Part shown: piece after piece, positions 9,981-19,975 of the stretch
Numbering within the stretch: the first letter of the stretch is position 1
Layout: every line of letters begins with the position of its first letter
Assembly: GCA_963771615.1 (NCBI GenBank)
Contig: CAVYUD010000001.1
Coordinates: 11,490 to 75,489 of the forward strand
Source: an uncultured Gammaproteobacteria bacterium
Lineage (GTDB): Bacteria; Pseudomonadota; Gammaproteobacteria; Steroidobacterales; Steroidobacteraceae
DNA length: 64,000 nt
Direction: 5' to 3'
Notes under the pieces: model-generated
Told to the model about the DNA's origin: nothing
What the model saw: only the letters and a program-made list of their open reading frames with translations
The model's database searches: none
Made by a program: the position numbers and the translations under genes

Positions 9981-11024
9981 TGGCTTACCGGCGGTCAGCA
10001 ATCGCAGCGCTGTGCGCAGCTTTCGCCTCGATGGCGCTGCCGCTGAATATAACGCCAGCAAAAAGCGGCGATATATCTATGCCTGCAGCCGGAGCGACTG
10101 AGTGGCTCAATACTTCACCGCAAACTTCCATCGATTTGCGAGGCAAGGTCGTTCTCGTCCAATTTTGGACCTACACCTGTGTCAATTGGCGAAGAACGCT
10201 CCCTTATATACGTGCATGGGATGCTAAATATCGTGGGCAGGGACTGGTCGTGATTGGCGTGCATACCCCGGAGTTTGATTTCGAGGAGGACGTCTCGAAT
10301 GTGCGTTCCCAGGTGGGAGAGATGCGCATTGAATATCCCGTTGCGATCGACAACAAACGCGTGATTTGGAATGCGTTCCATAACGTCTATTGGCCCGCTC
10401 TTTATCTGCTCGACGCTCAGGGACACGTCCGCTACCAACAATTCGGCGAAGGTGAGTACGGACGCACTGAGCGAGAGATTGCAGAAGTTGCTGGCCGAAC
10501 CTGGCGGCCATCCCTCGAACCAGCTTGCCGTAGTTGCGCCAGTCGGCGCCGAGGTCCCTGCGGATCTACGGAATCTAAGATCGCCGGAAAGCTACGTCGG
10601 CTATGAGATGGCAGAGAGGTTTGCTGCGCGCGGTGGAATAGTGCCGAACCGTCGCCATGAATATGTGGTGCCCCGTCGCCTATCCCTCAATGAATGGGCG
10701 CTGTCGGGAACCTGGATGATCGGGAGACAAGCGGCAGTACTCGAAGAAGCCAACGGGAAAATTGTCTACCGATTTCACGCTCGAGATCTCAACTTGGTAA
10801 TGGCTCCCTCCACATTGGGTACCCCGATTCGTTTTCGCGTCCTCATCGATGGCCATCCGCCAGGCACTGCACGGGGTGCGGACATCGACGAACAGGGATT
10901 TGGCACCGTCGGCGAGGCACGGATGTATCAATTGATACGACAGTCGGAAAAAATCGCCGATCGGGAATCCGTAATTGAATTTCTCACGCCTGGCGTGAGC
11001 GTGTACGACTTTACATTTGGATAA
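9980..11024 (+). CDS. Secreted thioredoxin-fold (redoxin / DipZ C-terminal-like) protein, one frameshift as sequenced
   Basis: ORF 9980..10606 has a signal peptide and FWTYTCVNWRRTLPY...VIGVHTPEF. It continues in ORF 10371..11024 (...LQKLLAEPGG...YDFTFG). The frame change lies near 10470-10490. Confidence 0.75.
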
Positions 11025-11042
11025 AGGACTACTGCATTGAAT

Positions 11043-12053
11043 TCAGCTATTGAGTGCACTCACCCTCACGCTCTTTACAATCATCTCGGAGGGATAATCG
11101 GACTGAATCAAATCCGCACCCGCCGACAGTCGTTCTGGCGAAACACCGTCGATGGGTTGCACATCTAATTCATTGAATGGCCACTTGCCGCCAACCGCGA
11201 AATTGATGATCAGGTACATATTCTGGCGCAGTGAGGCAGGTGTCGGCTGTTGCCAATAAACCTTGCCGTCAAACGATGCAGTCACTGTTTCGGATGTCCA
11301 ATTGAGGTCATAGCGGTGGAAGCCGACGGAAGGGTCTGCGCCAATGTCGGTCCACATGCCAAACCCGCCTCCGGGAGTTCCCTTTGGCACCAACACGCCG
11401 CAGTGAAGCTGCTGTCGATGTTTCCCCCACGGCATTGATTCAAAGATGTCGATCTCGGGCGGCCACTGATGCGATTCTGTCAACAACCAAAGATCTGCCC
11501 AGGAGCCGCGCGCGGACGGCAATTTGGCGACCATGCTGATATTGCCGAACGTAAAGGACTTTCGCGACAGCAGCATGCCGGAACCAAAACGTCGATAGCC
11601 GCCGATGTCATATGCTGACTGCTGCGCGGTGTTCAACAGCGAAGCTTTGATGTGCAAACCGTCCGGCTGAATTGAAAAAGGGTCGTAGCGCAGTTCCACG
11701 GGAACAGGCCGTCCCTTGATCTTGTTCATAAACGGTGTGACATAGGTCTGGCATTCGGCATTTCCCGCCAACCAGTTAGTGCCATCTCCGTAGCTATCCG
11801 GCCATTTGGCTCCAGGCCAGAATGTAAAAGCCCATTTGCTGGAATCGGGATACAGCTTTTTGCTTCCGTCCGGCATGAGAATTTCTACACCACGAAAGTC
11901 ATCTTCGATGAAAACAGATGACTTCGCAGGGCTTTGGACGTCGCCGAAAACAGACAACTGGGCCGCGTCGGGTAATGCTGCAAGACTGTGAATTGCAGGA
12001 AGCAATATGCCCGCACTCGAGGCGGTGTAGGAGAGAAAGTTGCGTCGATTCAT
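11043..12053 (-). CDS. Tat-secreted glycoside hydrolase family 16 (beta-glucanase-like)
   Basis: Internal Met gives MNRRNFLSYTASSAGILLPAIHSLAA, a twin-arginine signal. The GH16 catalytic motif E-I-D-I-F-E is present (WPPEIDIFES). Confidence 0.8.
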   Translation of the reverse strand: MNRRNFLSYTASSAGILLPAIHSLAALPDAAQLSVFGDVQSPAKSSVFIEDDFRGVEILMPDGSKKLYPDSSKWAFTFWPGAKWPDSYGDGTNWLAGNAECQTYVTPFMNKIKGRPVPVELRYDPFSIQPDGLHIKASLLNTAQQSAYDIGGYRRFGSGMLLSRKSFTFGNISMVAKLPSARGSWADLWLLTESHQWPPEIDIFESMPWGKHRQQLHCGVLVPKGTPGGGFGMWTDIGADPSVGFHRYDLNWTSETVTASFDGKVYWQQPTPASLRQNMYLIINFAVGGKWPFNELDVQPIDGVSPERLSAGADLIQSDYPSEMIVKSVRVSALNS

Positions 12054-12196
12054 GGGGCCAAACTCCGCAGCTGTAAGGAAAATCGTGGTTCGCTGTAACA
12101 CAAACCTCAGACCATATGAACATTGTTCCGCCCTGGACTCAACGCGGTAACTCAGACTCTCAGATACCACCGAATTGAAACCTTAGGAGCTGTCGC

Positions 12197-13570
12197 GTGC
12201 TTACACCCGCACTACGCAATCAGCGTCTGATCCTTCTTGAGTTCAATGAATTATGCCCACATTTGGTGGAGCGCTTCATCGACGAAGGCTCATTGCCCAA
12301 TTTCAAGCGCTTACGCGATGCGTCCGAGACATTCATCACTCATACGAATGAAGAGGTGCTCGAGCCGTGGATCCAGTGGGTCACGGTACATACCGGCGTG
12401 CCGCTCTCCGAGCATGGCATCAAAGATCTCGACGAAGCGGAAAAAGTAAGGCACAGCACTTTTTGGGACGGCCTCGTTGAAGAGAACGTTCTGTTGATGT
12501 CGCCTATGAACGTGAAATTTCGGTGCCGCAATCAATCGCTGTTTATGCCCGACCCGTGGGCGGCGTCGCAGGTCCCGTCAGCAGAACTTGAACCGTTTTA
12601 CAATTTCGTTCGCGCCGCGGTCAACAGCCACGCGCGCACAGACCGGCTTGATTTCAAGATAGCGGCTCGGGCCATGCGCTTTTTACTGGCGCACGGACTG
12701 ACGTTAAATACACTAGCCGCGGCTTGCAGCCAGCTGTGCGTCGAGAAATTCGGCAGCCACGATGCCAAGTGGCGCCGCGCCACGATACTCGATCGCCTCT
12801 TGTGGGATGTTTTTGCACATTTTTGGCGCGGATCGCGCCAACCACGCGTCGGAATATTCTTTTCCAATGCCACGGCGCACTATCAACACAAATATTGGTC
12901 GCACCACGATCCGTCGTTGTTCTCCCTGAAACCGAATGCTGCCGAAGTTGAAACGTACGGCAATGTCATCCGCTTCGGCTACCAAGCCCACGACCGGCTG
13001 ATCGGAAAAGCCATGGATCTGGCCGGAGCGGACACCGCGATAGCGCTCTGCACCGCGTTGAGCCAGCAGCCGATGCTCGATTACGAAGTGCGCGGCGGGA
13101 AACGGATGTTTTTGGTCAAGGACTTCGCCGCCCTACAGGCTGCGTTGGGCGTGAGCGCCACTGCGCGGGCCGAGGCGTTGATGGCAGAGGAGTCATGGCT
13201 GCATTTCGCCACGGAGACGGACGGCGCCGAGGGGTATCGGAAAATCTCGTCTGCCAAGACCGGAGACGGCCAAGCGCTATTCAAGCTGCGTGGCTTCGAC
13301 GGCAAGTCATTTGTCATCGGTTGCGGGCTCTTTGCCGGCGAAGTAAATGCGCGCTCAACCATCGTTAACGCGGCGGGTGCCTCGCTGCCGTTCCATAACT
13401 ACTTCCAGCCAATGGAAACGGTGACCACGGCCAAGCATCATCCGGACGGCCTGTTTTGGATCATGTCTGGCCGCCCGTCGCTTTGCGCGCGCAGGATTGG
13501 CTTTGCCGAGACCCTGCCGCTGACCAAGGTACGCCGCAAACTCGAGCAGGCATTGGCGTTCGAAGCTTGA
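12197..13570 (+). CDS. Divergent alkaline-phosphatase-superfamily (nucleotide pyrophosphatase/phosphodiesterase-like) protein
   Basis: 457-aa ORF. The N-terminus (LILLEFNELCP...GSLPNFKRLRD...VTVHTGVPLSEHGI) follows the AP/NPP scaffold, but the usual metal-binding Asp and nucleophile positions look substituted. Confidence 0.5.
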   Translation: MLTPALRNQRLILLEFNELCPHLVERFIDEGSLPNFKRLRDASETFITHTNEEVLEPWIQWVTVHTGVPLSEHGIKDLDEAEKVRHSTFWDGLVEENVLLMSPMNVKFRCRNQSLFMPDPWAASQVPSAELEPFYNFVRAAVNSHARTDRLDFKIAARAMRFLLAHGLTLNTLAAACSQLCVEKFGSHDAKWRRATILDRLLWDVFAHFWRGSRQPRVGIFFSNATAHYQHKYWSHHDPSLFSLKPNAAEVETYGNVIRFGYQAHDRLIGKAMDLAGADTAIALCTALSQQPMLDYEVRGGKRMFLVKDFAALQAALGVSATARAEALMAEESWLHFATETDGAEGYRKISSAKTGDGQALFKLRGFDGKSFVIGCGLFAGEVNARSTIVNAAGASLPFHNYFQPMETVTTAKHHPDGLFWIMSGRPSLCARRIGFAETLPLTKVRRKLEQALAFEA

Positions 13571-14505
13571 TCACGCTTATCGTACCCACCCGCAATCGTG
13601 CGCACACCCTGCGTCTGGTCGCGCCGAGCTATTTTGCCCAGGATGGCATCAGCGAATTGATCTTCGTCAGCGATGCCGGTGACGACGATACACCCGCCGT
13701 AATCGCGGATATTGCCCGACAGTTTCCCGAGAAAGTGACGCGCGTGCTGCGCAATGAAACCCGGCTGGGAGCGTCGCAGTCGCGCAATGTCGGCGTCGCC
13801 GCCAGCACCAATGAGTTCATTTTGTTTTGTGACGACGACGAATATCTCGAGGCTGGCTACGCGCAAATTGTGCGGCAAAAGCTGCAGGCGCTGAATGCGG
13901 GCGCCGTTTCCGGTCGGCGCATCTACCTCACGCCGGGAGAGGGCAGGGCGCATGCATTACAGCGGTTCGGTTCGGGGATTGGCACATCAAAAGCGTTTCG
14001 GCCGCTGGTTTGTGAATATGTGAATGGCGCGAAATTTGCGGGTGACATTTCAATCCCGGTAACCAACGCAATAATCCTGACGAGGAAGAGCCTGCTGCAG
14101 CAATTTCCGTTCGATAACTATTACGCTAGAGGGAATGGCTATCGCGAGGAGACCGATTTTCAGATGAATTTGTTTGTGCACGGGTTTGACATCCACGTCA
14201 CAAACGACTGCCATAGTTTTCACCTGCCCCTGTCCCAGGTTCGCACGGGAGGCCAGCGCACCGGGGCGCTCAAGCGGCTGTACTGGTCGATCTTTTACAC
14301 GCACTATTTTTTCGGCAAATATTACCCGCGCTATGCGCGGCGCATGGGGCTAAGCTCGCCGCGTTGGGTTGCCCTGCTTGCGTTTGCGGTATTTGCCGTC
14401 TATCGCGAAACCTTGCGCCCCATTCTTCATGCCGGCGCAATGCACGTGTTGGCCCGCCGCCGTGCTTCCGCCGAACGGCAGCCGCGACTCAGCGGTGAAT
14501 TGTGA
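13567..14505 (+). CDS. Glycosyltransferase family 2
   Basis: LITLIVPTRNRAHTL...VSDAGDDDT...QSRNVG...LFCDDDE (DXD). TTG 13567 overlaps the upstream stop (TTGA). Confidence 0.85.
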   Translation: MITLIVPTRNRAHTLRLVAPSYFAQDGISELIFVSDAGDDDTPAVIADIARQFPEKVTRVLRNETRLGASQSRNVGVAASTNEFILFCDDDEYLEAGYAQIVRQKLQALNAGAVSGRRIYLTPGEGRAHALQRFGSGIGTSKAFRPLVCEYVNGAKFAGDISIPVTNAIILTRKSLLQQFPFDNYYARGNGYREETDFQMNLFVHGFDIHVTNDCHSFHLPLSQVRTGGQRTGALKRLYWSIFYTHYFFGKYYPRYARRMGLSSPRWVALLAFAVFAVYRETLRPILHAGAMHVLARRRASAERQPRLSGEL

Positions 14506-14532
14506 GAGACACCATCGCCGAGCCGGCCACCC

Positions 14533-16020
14533 ATGGCCAATTCAGGCCGAAGCGTTAGCCGCAGCAAAACGGCAAATTCCATGGTGTGGAGCTTGGTCGA
14601 GAACGGCGGTCTTGCGCTCATTTCCTTTGTGTCCCTGATGGTCTATCTGCGGATCCTGTCCATCGCGGATTTTGGCATTTTCTCAGCGGCACTCGCTCTC
14701 ATTGAGTTGTTGGGCGTAGTGGTGACGATGCTGTTTCACAACGCGCTTGTGCAGCGGATGGATGCGACCGATCTGCATTTTAACACCGCGTTTACCGCGA
14801 CAATGGCCTTGAGCCTGATCATGGCGCTCGGCTGCTGGGCGATGGCACCGGCTTTTGCGGCATGGATTCACCAGCCGAGCGCGGTTCGCGTGCTCGCGTG
14901 GATGAGCCTGATTTTTCCATGCTCTGCCGTTAGTGCCACACTGGTGGCCCGGCAACGGCGGCAATTTGCATTCCGCAGCTTGGCGCTGCGCTCGCTCATG
15001 GGCCGTCTCATTGGGGGCGGCATCGGCATCGCAGCCGCAATCTTGGGCGCGGGGCTTTGGAGCCTCGTTCTGCAGCAAATCTTGATAGCTGCCATCGGCT
15101 CATTCGTGCTGTGGATCATGGCGGACAGAACACCGCGACTGCAGTTTCGCTACAGTGAATTTAAGGAAATGCTTGGATTTGGCGTGCTGTCGGTGAGCGG
15201 ACTGTTCCTCTCGACCTCGATAAAACGAGTTTTCACCTTATTGGCTACTTCGTATCTTGGCGTCGAAGCGGCCGGCTATCTTAATTTGAGCTTCCGCGTC
15301 GTCGATATGTTTTGGGTGATCGCGTCCACCGCCGTTGCTCAGGTTGCGCTCCCATTATTGTCCCGGCTGCAATTCGAACCTGCACGGCTCAAGCGAGCCT
15401 ATCAAGCTGCGACGCAATTCTCCTGCCTGGCTATCTACCCGTGCTTCGTCGGACTGGCCTCTGTGGCCCCGGATATCGTCGACATGCTGTTTGGCCATCG
15501 ATGGCAACCCAGTTCGCCTTATATCGCAGTGCTCGGTTTCCTCGTGCTGCTGCAGGTCCCGCGAATGGCCTTCACGCCCTTGTTGACCGCTCTGGGAAAG
15601 CCCCGGGAATCCCTGGTGGGATTGTTTGCCGAACTGGTTTTCATGCTGGCCGCCGTATGGCTGTCGAAGGTGCCTACGCTTCCCTGGGCCATCGGCATCT
15701 GGGCTGCGAGCGAGTGCGTGTCGGTCCTGGTTTCTGGCTGGGTGATGATGCGAGCGACCAGCTACAGCGTTTTAGAGCAGTTTCACGGGGTTCTAAAACC
15801 CATGCTGGCGTCCTTGTTAATGGCGTGCGTGGTCATCGAGACGGGGATGGCGCTTCCAGCCGAATTCAGTCCTATTCTGCGGCTTACGCTCCTAATTCCA
15901 CTTGGGGCCGTGATCTTCAGCGCTGCGATCTTCCTGCTCGATCCGAAGCTCGTCAGGAATTTCTTCGAATTCGCGCAAACCGCTTTTGAACGCCAGGCGA
16001 GTAATCCTGAGACTCCATAA
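14533..16020 (+). CDS. Polysaccharide flippase (Wzx / MOP superfamily)
   Basis: 495 aa with about 12-14 TM helices and the typical lipopolysaccharide-biosynthesis/PST-family N-terminus (VWSLVENGGLALISFVSLMVYLRIL). Confidence 0.8.
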   Translation: MANSGRSVSRSKTANSMVWSLVENGGLALISFVSLMVYLRILSIADFGIFSAALALIELLGVVVTMLFHNALVQRMDATDLHFNTAFTATMALSLIMALGCWAMAPAFAAWIHQPSAVRVLAWMSLIFPCSAVSATLVARQRRQFAFRSLALRSLMGRLIGGGIGIAAAILGAGLWSLVLQQILIAAIGSFVLWIMADRTPRLQFRYSEFKEMLGFGVLSVSGLFLSTSIKRVFTLLATSYLGVEAAGYLNLSFRVVDMFWVIASTAVAQVALPLLSRLQFEPARLKRAYQAATQFSCLAIYPCFVGLASVAPDIVDMLFGHRWQPSSPYIAVLGFLVLLQVPRMAFTPLLTALGKPRESLVGLFAELVFMLAAVWLSKVPTLPWAIGIWAASECVSVLVSGWVMMRATSYSVLEQFHGVLKPMLASLLMACVVIETGMALPAEFSPILRLTLLIPLGAVIFSAAIFLLDPKLVRNFFEFAQTAFERQASNPETP

Positions 16021-16032
16021 TAATCCGTCCTG

Positions 16033-17409
16033 CTAAATTGGCCCAGTGAGATAAAAGAGTTTTCGACATTTTTGAACAGGGTCGTCATCAGAAATGTCTG
16101 AAAGCATATCGATGACGGAGTACTTTGCCTTGAGATACTGTATTTGTTGATCCTGCTGGAGAACAGACCCATTGGTCTCGAACAGCATCGAATTGGATTT
16201 GGACTGGGCAAAGTCAATGACTTGTTGCCAGTTCTCCAGCCACATGCAAACAGACAGAAGAAAGCAGATATCGGCTTTGCCATCTGGCATAAAGTCACTA
16301 ATGAGTTCGAGCGGGTCTTCCTGCAGATCGACAACATAGAAGCTGACATTTTCTGAGGCGTTCACGCTTTTGATACGATTGGCTGCGTTGATCATGCGTG
16401 GGTCGTAGTCAATGCCAACACCCCATTTAATCACTGATCCGATTTGGTGAATCATGCCGCCTTGGTTGCAACCAAGGTCCAGAACACTCTTGCCGCGAAA
16501 ATCAATTGGCGCGGATGCCAAGCGCTTTGCTGGGTCGCGCTGCCCCGCAACTTGCCGGCCATTTACATTGACGGTGTGATACGCGGCCGGGAACTGCTCC
16601 GCCGAGTAATGTGAGTTACTGGTTTTCGTGAAATTCAATATATTTTGAATTTGTCTGAATACGCGCTCGTCAGCATTTGTACAATTATGTGTTTCGATGC
16701 GTGCAAAGGCGTATTTGCGAGAAAACCTATGTTTGAGATTGCTGGCCAATGTGCCAAACACGGGCGTCGATTTAACGGCTCTCTTCGAGGCAGAAAGCAT
16801 GCCCTGGGCGAGGTCTTTGATAGCGGCTGTCGGCAACAAGGTCAGTGTCTCCTTCATGACGTATAGGCTAATCGGGATCGGACCCCGGACCGCCGGCTGC
16901 TCCTGGGTCGCACCCAGTTCCTTGGCCAGCCGAACTGTATGGTTGGAGTATGACGTGTACGAATAAAACCAGCGGCGCCTACCAGTCCATAGCGCCGCCC
17001 AAATGAACCGCTCCTGAAAATGGATCTTCGCGATCTGTGCTTTGCTCATACGCAGCATAACTGCGTCGCCGTTCTTTAGATTCAAGCGCTCTCTCAAGTA
17101 AACGGTCGAAAGGATTTCTACAATGTGAAGCGGAGATTCGCGCCACCTGTAAACCCAAACGTTTATGCCGCCGAGCGAAGCTCGCCACAAAGTCCTGTAA
17201 TCGCGATCAAACGCAAATCCAGCGGTGTCAAGAAGGCGCACGGGGTGATTCAATACAATATTCAGAGAACCAGGGCAGAGCGGCTCCTTGACTATGGCCT
17301 GCAGCTGCTTCCGCAACGTTACCAACTCAGCGCCAGCCAGTCCGCGGCCGGCAACGACTTGCCCTTCCAAGGCGACCTCGAGAGAGTTGCGATCGGAAGA
17401 GTTCTCCAT
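16033..17409 (-). CDS. Fusion protein: N-terminal DUF120 / CTP-dependent riboflavin-kinase-like barrel plus C-terminal class I SAM-dependent methyltransferase
   Basis: N-terminus LEGQVVAGRGLAGAE...LCPGSLNIVL...HIVEILSTVYLRERLNLKNGDAV resembles DUF120. The C-terminus has SAM motif I, VLDLGCNQGG. The gene is lower in GC than its neighbours. Confidence 0.6.
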   Translation of the reverse strand: MENSSDRNSLEVALEGQVVAGRGLAGAELVTLRKQLQAIVKEPLCPGSLNIVLNHPVRLLDTAGFAFDRDYRTLWRASLGGINVWVYRWRESPLHIVEILSTVYLRERLNLKNGDAVMLRMSKAQIAKIHFQERFIWAALWTGRRRWFYSYTSYSNHTVRLAKELGATQEQPAVRGPIPISLYVMKETLTLLPTAAIKDLAQGMLSASKRAVKSTPVFGTLASNLKHRFSRKYAFARIETHNCTNADERVFRQIQNILNFTKTSNSHYSAEQFPAAYHTVNVNGRQVAGQRDPAKRLASAPIDFRGKSVLDLGCNQGGMIHQIGSVIKWGVGIDYDPRMINAANRIKSVNASENVSFYVVDLQEDPLELISDFMPDGKADICFLLSVCMWLENWQQVIDFAQSKSNSMLFETNGSVLQQDQQIQYLKAKYSVIDMLSDISDDDPVQKCRKLFYLTGPI

Positions 17410-17416
17410 CAGGGTC

Positions 17417-18670
17417 TCACGGCCTGATCTTGTACGTGACGCTCGCGGATGCGAGTGTGTCGTCGAACTGAAATCGCGCCTGGTTTGAATCGCGCTTATC
17501 GTAGCGGCCGGTCAGATTGAATATTAGCGAGTCCTTGGGGGCGTAAATCAGCCCTCCCTGCGCCGAGGTTAGCTTGTCGCGGCGCGAGACGAAGGCAATG
17601 GTGCTGGGGCTCGAACCGATGTAGTCGTGATTCTCGCGAAATAGTGTCAAAGATAACTTCAACTTTTGTGTCGCAATCCAAGTCGGCGCAAGGCTGACGC
17701 CGTTCGACACGAAGTAGTCCGACTCTGCATCCACATAGGCCAAGAGTTGGCGCCAGCCCGTCAAGACCCATTGGACCTGATCGGTCGGCTGCCACTGCAG
17801 CGCTGCACGCCATATGTCGCCCGAGAAGGTGGCGAATCTCGATTCCGGGTAGTCCCGCTTCAAATAACCCGCGCTTGCATCGAACTCCGTGGCCGCGCTG
17901 ACTACATATTTGAGCAATATTCGGGTCGTCTGTTCTTCGTAGTCAGAGTTGAACGGCGCGCCATTCAAAAGAAATTCCTGCGGGAAATTGGCATTCGTGT
18001 ATCGATATTCCAAGCCCACGGTATTCGAGGAGGAAGTCGCGAACTCAATTCCGGCAGTCCCCGCTTTGCTGCGAAAGTCGAACGGTTGCTCTGGCACGGC
18101 TGTCTGCGAAGTATCAGCGCCGATGAACCCGCCGTACAACGCCCAATGGGGCCCCACCTGGTAGCGGACAGTGCCGAAATAATCCTCCCGCTGCACCACG
18201 TCGCGGGAATAGAAACCGGTGTCTGCAAAATTCGCAAGTTCCCGCAAGTAGCTCACGCCTATTTGTCCCGACCAGTAGGTTCCCAGCTGCCAATCCCATT
18301 GCAGATTTCCCTTGCCTGAAACATTGTCCAAGGAGTCGTTGTGTATGAAGCGATTGTCGTCCGCGCGAAAATCCAAGGAAATAGCCTGGATGTCTGAGAA
18401 CCAGCGGCTGTTGCCGCCCAGGGATACCGAATTGAAACTATCGGCGCGTGTCGCCATAGGACCCGCCACGGTGGTGACGTCGAAGCCCGACGGCAATCGG
18501 TAGAGATTATCGTCGTGGGTAAATTGATCAGCGATGAAGAACTCAATGGAACTAGGGGAGTCCCTGGTTATTTTAGTGTCCGTGGTCATGCGAAAGTCCG
18601 GTGCGTCCGCGAACGCCGATGACCCAAGCGCAAGGAGCGTACCGATTGCCGCGCGGCGTTTGGCGGCCAT
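17417..18670 (-). CDS. EPS-locus outer-membrane beta-barrel protein (EpsL-like)
   Basis: Has a signal peptide (AAIGTLLALGSSAFA), alternating beta-strand pattern throughout and an aromatic-rich C-terminal strand. It sits inside the EPS export operon. Confidence 0.6.
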   Translation of the reverse strand: MAAKRRAAIGTLLALGSSAFADAPDFRMTTDTKITRDSPSSIEFFIADQFTHDDNLYRLPSGFDVTTVAGPMATRADSFNSVSLGGNSRWFSDIQAISLDFRADDNRFIHNDSLDNVSGKGNLQWDWQLGTYWSGQIGVSYLRELANFADTGFYSRDVVQREDYFGTVRYQVGPHWALYGGFIGADTSQTAVPEQPFDFRSKAGTAGIEFATSSSNTVGLEYRYTNANFPQEFLLNGAPFNSDYEEQTTRILLKYVVSAATEFDASAGYLKRDYPESRFATFSGDIWRAALQWQPTDQVQWVLTGWRQLLAYVDAESDYFVSNGVSLAPTWIATQKLKLSLTLFRENHDYIGSSPSTIAFVSRRDKLTSAQGGLIYAPKDSLIFNLTGRYDKRDSNQARFQFDDTLASASVTYKIRP

Positions 18671-18673
18671 CGA

Positions 18674-19975
18674 TTAGCCCACCGCAAGGTCGGCGCTCAA
18701 GCCGGAATCTTGCGGACTGTTGCCCGACCCGCGGGCGTCCGCCACCCGTTCTCGAATTGCCGCCATCGCCAGCAGCAATCGCCGACCCCTGACGTTCCAA
18801 TCGAATTGGGCTCCGCCGAGCGCGAAGGCGCGTTCCTGCATGCGATTCAACTCTTCGATGTGGTCAATGTGCGAGACAATGTCGCCGACGAGTCCGACGA
18901 GACTGTCGTTCTTCAACATGGCGAGTTGAAGCTCCTCGGATAGACCCGCAACGGCCTGAGAGACCGTGGCGACGGGAACGCGCCCGAATATGTAGTCCAG
19001 AAATTTAAGCTTGAAACCGCCTCCGATGGATTCCGGAACGATCCCGATACGGGCGCGCGCCAGATATGGGGCAACATCGGTCACGAAGCCGTGAAAATGC
19101 GTTGCACGACAGCGGGCTTTGAGAGTGGCGAGAAACGCTTTTGGAATGTCTCCAACAACGTCTATTTCAATGCCATGTTTCTCAAAAATTGGATCAGCGA
19201 TTTCCAGAAACCGTGTGAGGTTGACCTGCTTAACGACCCACTGAAACGAGCCCATGATGATGACCCGACGCGGTGTCGAAGCGCAGATACGCCGTGCATT
19301 GACCATCTGTCCCGAGTAGCCCGGTGTGATGGCGAGTGACCTGTCTTGGGCCACGGCCGCACCCAAGGTGCTTCGATCTTCGTCGGTAATGGTGGTCAGC
19401 AAATCCACGGCGCGCACCATTCGCCGCTCCAGAGTGGCGACCTTCATAGCGTTGCGTCGTAGTGCTAGTCGCTTGAGTGCCGATCCGCGGGTCTGGCGAC
19501 CCAAGACGAGCCACACCATTTCTTCGTTGTTATGAGATACGTGTACAAGAACGGGTCGGCGCGTGCCTCGAGCCCTGCAATATGCTGTGCAACGATCTAG
19601 CGCCCATCCTGTCCCATAGCCGTCCAAGACTATTGCATCCCATGGTTCTTGCAGTTCCGCCTCGAGCAATAGGCGGTAGGGTTTGGTCGCGTCTATGGCC
19701 GCCGCGAAGGGCAACGCGCTAAGGGCGGCCACAGCCGCGCTGCGCTTTCCGCCCGGTACGGCCAACCACTCAACGCCCGCGGCGCATTCCGGCACCGCGG
19801 CGGCGCTGCCGAGGCCCATAAAACGCACAAATGCGCCTGCCTTCACCAGTGCCTGCGCCAGATTCGCGGAATAGACCTGTGCACCTCCCTCCATCGGAAA
19901 GGGAATGTAGCGTGCGATCCAAAGGCATCGAATGCCCTCTCCCAGCGACGTAGCGGACTGTATGGATGGAGTCAT
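18674..19975 (-). CDS. Glycosyltransferase family 4 (GT-B, group 1)
   Basis: Internal Met 19975 (MTPSIQS...) overlaps the upstream stop (ATGA). N-terminal RCLWIARYIPFPMEGGAQVY and a C-terminal GT-B half with E-x7-E-like region. Confidence 0.75.
   Translation of the reverse strand: MTPSIQSATSLGEGIRCLWIARYIPFPMEGGAQVYSANLAQALVKAGAFVRFMGLGSAAAVPECAAGVEWLAVPGGKRSAAVAALSALPFAAAIDATKPYRLLLEAELQEPWDAIVLDGYGTGWALDRCTAYCRARGTRRPVLVHVSHNNEEMVWLVLGRQTRGSALKRLALRRNAMKVATLERRMVRAVDLLTTITDEDRSTLGAAVAQDRSLAITPGYSGQMVNARRICASTPRRVIIMGSFQWVVKQVNLTRFLEIADPIFEKHGIEIDVVGDIPKAFLATLKARCRATHFHGFVTDVAPYLARARIGIVPESIGGGFKLKFLDYIFGRVPVATVSQAVAGLSEELQLAMLKNDSLVGLVGDIVSHIDHIEELNRMQERAFALGGAQFDWNVRGRRLLLAMAAIRERVADARGSGNSPQDSGLSADLAVG

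Noticed and set aside
13456-13566. ATG 13456 as the start of the GT2 gene.
   Set aside because: It would overlap the upstream gene by 115 nt. The conserved GT2 N-terminus (LITLIVPTRN) begins exactly at TTG 13567, which overlaps the upstream stop.
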